DNA from: Candidatus Saccharimonadota bacterium | GTDB taxonomy: Bacteria > Patescibacteriota > Saccharimonadia > Saccharimonadales > UBA4665 | Assembly: GCA_002952755.1 (NCBI GenBank) | Contig: CP025011.1 | Location: forward strand, 420,001 to 452,000 | Length of the DNA: 32,000 nt | Direction: 5' to 3' | Shown here: piece after piece, positions 25,063 through 32,000 of the stretch | How the letters are laid out: every line of letters starts with the position of its first letter | Position numbering within the stretch: the stretch's first letter is position 1 | Program-made: the position numbers and the translations under genes | The notes under the pieces: model-generated | What the model was told of the DNA's origin: nothing | Database searches by the model: none | Seen by the model: only the letters and a program-made list of their open reading frames with translations

Positions 25063-25283
25063 GCCATTTAAGTGCCTATAACTACGTTGCAATCATCAGC
25101 ATGCTGGTCATGACTTTACTTATTTTGGTCCAGACCCGTGGTGCATCCCTAGGATCTGGTATTGGCAATGGTGGTGAGGTAAACACCGAGCGCCGGGGGA
25201 CCGACAAGACGATTTACCAGATGACAATTATTGTCGCGGTCATTTTTGCCGCATCCCTGCTTGCCGGAATTGTGGTTGCATAA
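25059..25283 (+). CDS. secG: Preprotein translocase subunit SecG
   Basis: 74 aa with two TM helices around a Gly-rich loop (LVQTRGASLGSGIGNGG....RRG). ATGA overlap with the upstream gene. Confidence 0.75.
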   Translation: MSHLSAYNYVAIISMLVMTLLILVQTRGASLGSGIGNGGEVNTERRGTDKTIYQMTIIVAVIFAASLLAGIVVA

Positions 25284-25338
25284 AACGTGACGCCTTTTGG
25301 AGCGCTCCACTCGCTTCTATGCATGATTAGAGGATTGT

Positions 25339-27144
25339 ATGAATAAGCTCGATCGTAAGCGCGCCCTCAAGCTCAGGTTTAGGCGCACGATCCGTTTGCA
25401 GCGGCGCCAGGTGGGTGAGCTGGGGATGCAGGCTGAGCGCCGCCTAGAGGATGATTTCTTTAAGCGTTTGGAGCGCCTGGGCACCGTACGGCGGTTTCTA
25501 TCTGCTTGGATAATTGCGATTATCCTACTGACGGCATCGGTAATTGCGCAGACCCGGGGTTTGAGTAACTATTATCAGTCGCTCACTCCTGCACCGGGGG
25601 GGACGTATACTGAAGGCATTGTTGGTTCGTTCACTAACGCCAACCCCATGTATGCAACTAGCTTGGTCGATACCAGTATCTCGCAGTTATTGTTTTCAGG
25701 ATTACTAAAATACGACGACACCAATCATCTCACTGGTGACTTGGCCAGCAGCTGGGAGGGGGACGCCCGCGGAACGACGTATACTGTACACTTGCGTCCC
25801 CATCTTACCTGGCAAGACGAGCAGCCGCTCACCTCGGCCGATGTGGTATTTACCTACCAGGTCATTCAAAATGCCGACGCCCGTTCGCCGCTCTATGGCA
25901 GCTGGCAGGGGATTCGGGTGTCGGCACCCGATCCGCTAACGGTCACGTTTGTGCTGCCTAATCCTTTGGCTTCGTTCCCATATTCGCTTACTACCGGTAT
26001 TGTGCCAAAGCATATTCTGGGAGGTACGCCAATGGCTCAGATGCGCTCGGTGCCGTTTAATACTACGCAGCCAGTTGGTTCCGGCCCATTTGCCTGGCGG
26101 GCTATCGAGGTAAGTGGCGATTCTGCTGATGTGCAAGAGGAGCATATTGCCCTACGGCCGTTCAGCGGCTACCATCTTGGCAAGCCAAAATTGAGCGGCT
26201 TCGTAATACGCACCTTTCGTAATGAGGCGCAGCTTATCGGCAGCCTGAAAAAACAAGAAGTGAATGCTGCAGCAGGACTGAGTCAGATGCCGAAGACATT
26301 AGCCGGGGATGGTAGCATTCGTACTTATAATCTGCCGCTCACCGCTGCGGTTATGACTTTTTTCCGTACGCAGGACGGGGTCTTGGCAGATAGCAATGTA
26401 CGCCAGGCTTTAGTGCGGGCGGCAGATACCAACGCAATTATTGCCAACCTAGCATACCCTACATTACCGGTTCGCGGCCCATTGCTGCACGGACAATTAG
26501 GGTTTAATCCCGCCTATGCCCAGGCCGGATATAATCTAGCTGCGGCCAAGACAATGCTTGATAATGACGGCTGGGTAACCGGCACTCGCGGCATCCGCTA
26601 TAAGGGCAAGACGCCGCTCAGCTTCAGCTTATATTATCAATCCACCGATGAGTACACGCAGGTAGCACACGAACTTGCCAAGCAGTGGCGTGCAGTTGGC
26701 GCTGATGTGGTTCTGACCGGTAAAGGTACAGACGATTTTCAGGGTGTAGTATCACAGGCTCCATCGCCCGTTTCCCATACATACGATGCGCTACTATATG
26801 GTATCTCAATTGGTGTAGACCCCGATGTGTATGTATACTGGGACAGCTCTCAGATCGACCTTCGCTCTCCGTCGCGGCTCAATTTTTCGCAGTATGGTTC
26901 TCCTCAGGCCGACGCTTCGCTGGAAGCCGGAAGGACGCGTCTAAACCCGACGCTACGTACCATTAAATATCAACCTTTTCAGCAAGCCTGGCAGGGCGAC
27001 GCTCCGGCACTTGGCCTGTATCAACCACGCTTTTTATATCTCACCCGCGGGCCGGTGTACGGCTTAGATGAGACCTCTATCAATAACGACGCTCAGCGCT
27101 TTAGCAATGTTTCGAACTGGGAGATCCGTGAAGTGAGAAGATAG
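25339..27144 (+). CDS. ABC-type solute-binding protein, family 5 (peptide/nickel type), membrane anchored
   Basis: Basic N-terminus plus a TM helix (FLSAWIIAIILLTASVIA). GGTYTEGIVGSFTNANPM...LFSGLLKYDD...LASSWE....YTVHLRP.LTWQD..PLTSADVVFTY matches the SBP_bac_5 N-lobe. Confidence 0.85.
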   Translation: MNKLDRKRALKLRFRRTIRLQRRQVGELGMQAERRLEDDFFKRLERLGTVRRFLSAWIIAIILLTASVIAQTRGLSNYYQSLTPAPGGTYTEGIVGSFTNANPMYATSLVDTSISQLLFSGLLKYDDTNHLTGDLASSWEGDARGTTYTVHLRPHLTWQDEQPLTSADVVFTYQVIQNADARSPLYGSWQGIRVSAPDPLTVTFVLPNPLASFPYSLTTGIVPKHILGGTPMAQMRSVPFNTTQPVGSGPFAWRAIEVSGDSADVQEEHIALRPFSGYHLGKPKLSGFVIRTFRNEAQLIGSLKKQEVNAAAGLSQMPKTLAGDGSIRTYNLPLTAAVMTFFRTQDGVLADSNVRQALVRAADTNAIIANLAYPTLPVRGPLLHGQLGFNPAYAQAGYNLAAAKTMLDNDGWVTGTRGIRYKGKTPLSFSLYYQSTDEYTQVAHELAKQWRAVGADVVLTGKGTDDFQGVVSQAPSPVSHTYDALLYGISIGVDPDVYVYWDSSQIDLRSPSRLNFSQYGSPQADASLEAGRTRLNPTLRTIKYQPFQQAWQGDAPALGLYQPRFLYLTRGPVYGLDETSINNDAQRFSNVSNWEIREVRR

Positions 27145-27195
27145 CGCTTAGACGGGCTACGCCTGGCGGTAAGATTATAATAAAGGGGTATTGCT

Positions 27196-28035
27196 ATGGC
27201 TGGTACTGAAGAAGTGAATGAATTGATTTTCGGGTTTGATATTGATGGTACGCTCACTGCAGGTTGGGGAGCTCCTGAGGAGCAGGCATCAGCCAACGAG
27301 TCACTCGGAAGGTTACATCAAACATTAACTGATCTGCAGGCGGTTTCCGGCTTGGCTATTAAATACGGCACCGTCACTGGCAATACTACGACAGCGCATG
27401 GGGCTATAGAAACTCAAAATCCCGCCTTTGGTGAGTTTGTCGCGGCGGCAGATTTTAAGATTACTTCTGGAGGTGCCGATATACACCTGAAGGACTTCGA
27501 GACTCGCCTTTTTCGGCGAGTTTCTGACTGGCCGAACGTTAAAGATTGGCAACCCGCCGCGATTCACGAATATATGCGGATTCGTACCGAGCTGAAGAGA
27601 CAGCCAGCTATCTCACAGAACCCCCATAGAATAAGCTATATAGCTACTGAGCATGCAATGGAGGATCACACGGAGTATGAGCAATCTCTGGTTAACTACT
27701 TGCGTCTTGGCGGGCTGGATGTTGAGGTCGTTTGTTCGGCTGGCCAATATGTGGACCTAATGCCAAAGGGTGTGCACAAAGGCTCAGCCCTGATGCGTAC
27801 GACAGAAGAGCTAGGTATGCCAGAGGCATTGCTTGTTGCTGCGGGCGACACAATGAATGACCGTCATTCATTGCTGGTTGCTGATTGCGCTATTGTGCCC
27901 GGCAATGCTGAGGCGGCATTTATAGCATGGGCTAAGGCCAATATCCCGGAAGGAAGACTATTCATTGCCGACAGGGATGCCCGCTTTGCACTTGGCGTCC
28001 TTCGGGGCATGCAACACTTTGGGCTAGTGGGATAG
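27196..28035 (+). CDS. HAD-IIB phosphatase (sucrose-phosphate-phosphatase-like)
   Basis: Motif I FGFDIDGTLT, KGVHKGSAL, motif IV AAGDTMNDRHSL. AAGGGG SD lies 7 nt upstream. Confidence 0.75.
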   Translation: MAGTEEVNELIFGFDIDGTLTAGWGAPEEQASANESLGRLHQTLTDLQAVSGLAIKYGTVTGNTTTAHGAIETQNPAFGEFVAAADFKITSGGADIHLKDFETRLFRRVSDWPNVKDWQPAAIHEYMRIRTELKRQPAISQNPHRISYIATEHAMEDHTEYEQSLVNYLRLGGLDVEVVCSAGQYVDLMPKGVHKGSALMRTTEELGMPEALLVAAGDTMNDRHSLLVADCAIVPGNAEAAFIAWAKANIPEGRLFIADRDARFALGVLRGMQHFGLVG

Positions 28036-28056
28036 GCACTCTACCTATCCAAACCG

Positions 28057-28065
28057 TGCTACCAT
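28057..28065 (+). promoter_or_regulatory. Extended -10 box TGCTACCAT, 7 nt before ATG 28073 (leaderless type)
   Basis: TGCTACCAT at 28057-28065. The spacer aaacagt has no SD. Confidence 0.45.
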
Positions 28066-28072
28066 AAACAGT

Positions 28073-28840
28073 ATGCAAGCACTTTGGAATGGCTCTATCA
28101 GTTTTGGACTCGTCAACATACCGGTGAGGTTGTTTAGCGCAACTAACCCCCGCGAGGGCATCGACCTCAACATGCTCCATAAAGATGATCATGCGCCAAT
28201 CCGCTACGCGCGTATTTGCCGCAAAGACGGCGAGGAGATCCCCTGGAATGACATCGTAAAGGGGTACGAGTACCGCGACGGCGACTACATCGTGCTCACT
28301 AAAAAAGAGCTCGACGAAATTGATGCCAAAAAGTCGCAAACTATCGATATCCAACAATTTGTAGACGAATCAGGTATCGATATCCGCTACTTTGAAAAGC
28401 CTTACTATCTTGAGCCAGTAAAAGGTGGCGAAAAAGCCTATGCCTTGCTCAGGGGAGCACTAGAAAAGTCGGACAAACTGGCACTAGCCAAGTTTGTCCT
28501 GCACGAGCGTGAGCATATTGGGGCTGTCAAACCCGTCGGCCGGGCGCTGGTGCTCAACCAGATGCGCTTCCCGACTGATTTACGGGAGCCGGGCGAATTG
28601 TCGTTTCCTACTGATAAAGAAGTAACCGATAAAGAAATCGAGATGGCCCTCAAGCTGGTCCGCCAGGAAACCAAGCCTTTCATCTCCGAAGATTATCACG
28701 ACACCTATACCGAAGAGCTAGAAGAGATGATCAAGGCTAAAACTAAGGGCAAAAAGCCAGCTAAGACCACTCAGACTGCACCCAAAGAGACTTCCGCAAA
28801 AGACCTGATGAGCGTGCTCAAAGCCAGCCTGAAGGAGTAG
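28073..28840 (+). CDS. ku: Ku (bacterial non-homologous end-joining DNA end-binding protein)
   Basis: LWNGSISFGLVNIPVRLFSAT N-terminus, YYLEP, and a Lys-rich C-terminal tail. Followed by ligD. Confidence 0.92.
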   Translation: MQALWNGSISFGLVNIPVRLFSATNPREGIDLNMLHKDDHAPIRYARICRKDGEEIPWNDIVKGYEYRDGDYIVLTKKELDEIDAKKSQTIDIQQFVDESGIDIRYFEKPYYLEPVKGGEKAYALLRGALEKSDKLALAKFVLHEREHIGAVKPVGRALVLNQMRFPTDLREPGELSFPTDKEVTDKEIEMALKLVRQETKPFISEDYHDTYTEELEEMIKAKTKGKKPAKTTQTAPKETSAKDLMSVLKASLKE

Positions 28841-28846
28841 TGCTGC

Positions 28847-31294
28847 ATGGGGCTGAGCAGGTATTTCAAGAAACGAAATTTTGAGCAGACGCCCGAACCT
28901 AAGGGTCGCGCTAAAAACCGCGGCCGATCAAAATTGGTATTCGTAGTCCAGGAGCACCACGCCAGCACGTTGCATTATGATTTTCGCTTAGAGTTAGACG
29001 GTGTACTCAAAAGCTGGGCGGTGCCCAAAGGCCCGAGCCTTAACCCGCACGAGCGTCATTTAGCTGTACAAACAGAAGACCATCCGTATGATTACCGGAA
29101 GTTCGAAGGGGTTATCCCCGAAGGCAATTACGGTGCGGGCAACGTCATTATTTGGGATGAGGGGTGGTATGAGGCTCGTCAGGGTGGCTCGGAAGACGAA
29201 GAACAGATTTTGCGCCGTGAACTCAAAAAAGGACACCTTACCTTCATCCTGCACGGCCAGAAATTGAAAGGCGAGTTTGCCCTCATCCGCATGCATAATA
29301 CGTCGGACGAACATGCCTGGCTACTCGTCAAAAAAGACGATGAGTTCGCCACAGCTACCGACATAACAGCTAAAGACGAATCGGTTAAAACACATCGCAC
29401 TGTAGACGAACTAGCGGCGCATGGCAGGTTACCTGAGCTGTCCGCTTACCCAAAACGGGCCTCGCCGTGGCCTGTTAAGCCCATGCTTTCTACGCTCGTG
29501 AGCGAGCCATTCAGCAAAGAGGGATGGTTGTTTGAGATCAAATGGGATGGATATCGGGCTATTGGCACCAAGAAACACGACGTAACGACGCTCTATTCAC
29601 GCAATGGCCTCGATTTTGTCAAAAGATACCCGGAAGTAGGCGAAGCGCTCCGCAATCTAAGGCACGACGTTATCCTCGACGGCGAAATCGTAGCAGTCGA
29701 CAAAAACGGTACCGCCCACTTTGAGTGGCTCCAAGCATGGCAACATAATCCCCATGGCGAGCTGCGCTACTACCTGTTCGACATACTCTGGTGCGATGGC
29801 CACGACGTGCGCACCATGCCGCTCATTGAACGCAAAGCGCTGCTTAAAAGCATTGTCCCGCTGCACGACAACGTGCTGTTTTATAGCGACGACGTGACTA
29901 AAGACGGCCTCAAACTCTTTAAGGAAATGCAAAAGCGTGGCATGGAGGGAATGGTTGCTAAGCGTGCCGACAGCCCGTACCGCGAAGACAATCGCGGCAG
30001 CGATTGGCTCAAGATCAAAACAGAGCAGCGTCAGGAGGTGGTGATTGGCGGCTATACCGAGCCGCGCGGCGGCCGTACATATCTCGGTTCAGTTTTAACT
30101 GGCGTATATGCAAAAGGCCAGTTCCAATATACCGGCCACTCAGGCGGCGGTATTCCCGATGGGGAGCGCAAAGTTTTGCTTGATCAACTTACGAAGTTAG
30201 AGCGCAAGGAATCGCCATTTGTCATAGAGCCCAAGCCGAATGCGCCCGTCCACTGGGTTGAGCCGAAGCTGGTATGCGAGATGAGCTTTAGCGAATGGAC
30301 TGAGGAGGGTTACATGCGGCATCCCCAATACAGGGGCTTGCGGCCTGATAAAGATCCCAAAATGGTCCACCGTGAAAAGGCGCACGATGCGCCCACCAAA
30401 GCTCAACAGACCGACGAGGGTAACTCTTTGGAATTGACCCACCTCGACAAAGTATTCTTTCCGCGCCATAAGTACACCAAGGGCAACCTTATTGAGTACT
30501 ATCGCTCAGTGGCTAAGTATATGCTGCCATACCTCAAAGATCGCCCCTGCTCGATGCTGCGCATGCCCAACGGCATCACCGGCGAAGGTTTTTTCCAAAA
30601 AAATAATGAACATCTGCCGGACTGGGTTCCAAGCACCGATATATTTTCCGACTCCAATAATGCCAGTTTGCACTGGATGGTTGGCGGTGATCTCGATACG
30701 CTTTTGTACATGGTGCAGCTAGGTTGTGTCGAGATTAATCCCTGGAGTTCGCGTGTGGGCAAACTCGAAAAACCGGATTGGATCGTGATCGATCTCGATC
30801 CCGAAGGTGTCTCGTTTGCCAAAGTTATCGAGATAGCCCAAACGGTGAAAGAGGTATGTGACGAGTGGGGCATTCCGACCTACCCAAAGACGTCCGGCAA
30901 GACCGGCTTGCACATCTTCATCCCCATGGGTGCAAAATACACCTACGAGCAAGGCAAAAATCTCGCCCATCTGATTGTGCTGGCAGTGAATGCTCGGCGC
31001 CCAGACATCACCAGCGTGGTGCGTGACCCCGAGAAGCGCAAACACAAGATTTATCTTGATTTTTTGCAAAATCGTGCCGGCCAAACGCTGGCTGCACCTT
31101 ACTCAGTACGCCCTACCCCAGATGCCACCGTGTCGATGCCGCTCCATTGGAACGAAGTGCGGTCCGGACTACTCCCAACCGATTTCACGATTAAGAATGC
31201 TCTCAAACGTCTGCAAAAGACTGGCGACCTCTGGGAGCCGGTAATGGGCAAGGGGGCCAACCTGGCGGCTATCCTCAAGAAAGCGGGCGGGTAG
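28847..31294 (+). CDS. ligD: Multifunctional DNA ligase D (phosphoesterase - ATP-dependent ligase - polymerase/primase)
   Basis: PE domain FVVQEHHASTLHYDFRLE..VLKSWAVPKGPS. Ligase motif I EIKWDGYRA (Lys232, nt 29540). C-terminal LigD polymerase domain from about aa 527 (LDKVFFP...YTKGNLIEYY...KTSGKTGLHIF). GAAGGAG SD lies inside the ku 3' end. Confidence 0.93.
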   Translation: MGLSRYFKKRNFEQTPEPKGRAKNRGRSKLVFVVQEHHASTLHYDFRLELDGVLKSWAVPKGPSLNPHERHLAVQTEDHPYDYRKFEGVIPEGNYGAGNVIIWDEGWYEARQGGSEDEEQILRRELKKGHLTFILHGQKLKGEFALIRMHNTSDEHAWLLVKKDDEFATATDITAKDESVKTHRTVDELAAHGRLPELSAYPKRASPWPVKPMLSTLVSEPFSKEGWLFEIKWDGYRAIGTKKHDVTTLYSRNGLDFVKRYPEVGEALRNLRHDVILDGEIVAVDKNGTAHFEWLQAWQHNPHGELRYYLFDILWCDGHDVRTMPLIERKALLKSIVPLHDNVLFYSDDVTKDGLKLFKEMQKRGMEGMVAKRADSPYREDNRGSDWLKIKTEQRQEVVIGGYTEPRGGRTYLGSVLTGVYAKGQFQYTGHSGGGIPDGERKVLLDQLTKLERKESPFVIEPKPNAPVHWVEPKLVCEMSFSEWTEEGYMRHPQYRGLRPDKDPKMVHREKAHDAPTKAQQTDEGNSLELTHLDKVFFPRHKYTKGNLIEYYRSVAKYMLPYLKDRPCSMLRMPNGITGEGFFQKNNEHLPDWVPSTDIFSDSNNASLHWMVGGDLDTLLYMVQLGCVEINPWSSRVGKLEKPDWIVIDLDPEGVSFAKVIEIAQTVKEVCDEWGIPTYPKTSGKTGLHIFIPMGAKYTYEQGKNLAHLIVLAVNARRPDITSVVRDPEKRKHKIYLDFLQNRAGQTLAAPYSVRPTPDATVSMPLHWNEVRSGLLPTDFTIKNALKRLQKTGDLWEPVMGKGANLAAILKKAGG

Positions 31295-31379
31295 TAATAC
31301 GCTGTTGAGGTGGACGCCTAACCCGACCCATACCTGCAATGCCGCAAGCCGGTGGTGCAAAACTCTCAGATCGAACTCG

Positions 31380-31409
31380 CCTTAAGCGCGGCGAGGAACT
31401 CGCTTAAGG
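31380..31409. terminator. Perfect 9-bp hairpin between convergent ligD and vanZ (possible bidirectional terminator)
   Basis: ccttaagcg (31380-31388) pairs with cgcttaagg (31401-31409) around a 12-nt loop. There is no adjacent U-tract on either strand. Confidence 0.3.
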
Positions 31410-31416
31410 ATGTAAG

Positions 31417-31899
31417 CTAGTATTTCACCTTAAAGACGAAGATGCGGAGCCATACTACCAGCATGACGATAATTACGGAGGTGGCGACAACAAACCAGTC
31501 CAGTACCTTATTATGCATATACCTGCTACACAAACCATACAATGCCAGCCCCACGAGCCCACCAGCTGTATTCATAATGGTATCTGTTACGTCCGTTACC
31601 CCGATCGCACATATAAATTGGAGTATTTCCACAGCAAGGCTAACATAAAAAATAAAGCGGACCTTGGGCCAAAAGCCGATTTGCTTAAGATTGGCCCCTA
31701 AGAGCAGGCCTAGAGGGAAGAAAACAACTGCATTTGAGATGGCATCCTGCGGACTGCCCCCCGAGAATGGTATCAAGTTAAGGCCTCGAGCTTGGTAATG
31801 AAGCAATACTGAGAAGGGGTTGTACGAGAACTTAAAAAGGAGCAGCCATAGGAGGGTGAGGACGTAGAGAGCTAATACTCTGCTAGAAAGTTTTTGCAT
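31417..31899 (-). CDS. VanZ-family membrane protein
   Basis: 160 aa with four to five TM helices. LNLIPF....NAVVFFPLGLLLG and DVTDTIMNTAGGLVG are typical VanZ-like motifs. Confidence 0.8.
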   Translation of the reverse strand: MQKLSSRVLALYVLTLLWLLLFKFSYNPFSVLLHYQARGLNLIPFSGGSPQDAISNAVVFFPLGLLLGANLKQIGFWPKVRFIFYVSLAVEILQFICAIGVTDVTDTIMNTAGGLVGLALYGLCSRYMHNKVLDWFVVATSVIIVMLVVWLRIFVFKVKY

Positions 31900-32000
31900 A
31901 GGCGCGTTTATATGTGCACTCCATTAAAGCTTTTTTGCTTCCGTGCAAGCCAGGATGCAGACTGTCTTACAAGCTGGGATGCATCTTTAGGGTCTGCTAA

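Noticed and set aside
1-32000. Scan by eye for CRISPR repeats, IS/transposase or integrase genes, tRNA/rRNA genes, and known defence or toxin-antitoxin hallmarks
   Set aside because: I found no regularly spaced direct repeats, no DDE, tyrosine or serine recombinase motifs, no T-loop/anticodon-arm signatures, and no recognisable defence-system domains. Absence is by inspection only and should be confirmed with tRNAscan-SE, Infernal, ISEScan and DefenseFinder/PADLOC.

Overview
Gene-dense bacterial chromosomal segment. By eye it is about 90% coding with GC near 50%. I support 29 protein-coding genes. I found no rRNA, tRNA, CRISPR array, transposase or integrase. Gene content: (1) DNA repair: the uvrA 3' end, a compact uvrC, and Ku plus a three-domain LigD. 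(2) Translation and protein maturation: L25/Ctc, peptide deformylase, Xaa-Pro aminopeptidase, TrhO, SecG. (3) Envelope: a sortase next to a beta-helical surface protein ending in an APNTG sorting signal, plus DedA, VanZ, DUF360 and DUF2127 proteins. (4) Three tandem paralogous ABC exporter genes. (5) Two HAD-IIB phosphatases, a Nudix hydrolase and an orphan family-5 solute-binding protein. (6) A 1128-aa membrane protein with a transglutaminase-like core. (7) A small island of uncharacterised exported proteins at 19.5-22.7 kb. The tight packing (shared stop codons, ATGA/TAATG overlaps), the sortase and the small protein sizes fit a small-genome monoderm such as Patescibacteria/Saccharibacteria, but the window alone cannot establish taxonomy. 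I recognise no known defence or toxin system. The best candidates for something undescribed are: (a) a recurrent TGnTAnnnT extended -10 box placed 5-7 nt from start codons, implying widespread leaderless mRNAs and revising several ORF-track starts; (b) three unusually long non-coding gaps, each with structure: a 111-nt near-perfect hairpin at 6282-6392, a roughly 175-nt leader with a 19-codon uORF ahead of the triple ABC operon, and a roughly 220-nt pyrimidine-arm/purine-arm foldback at 24424-24644; (c) a dCTP-deaminase-fold protein that appears to lack the catalytic residues; (d) tandem diverged paralogs of an exported LysM-like protein. All functional calls come from motif recognition by eye. 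No database search was run.
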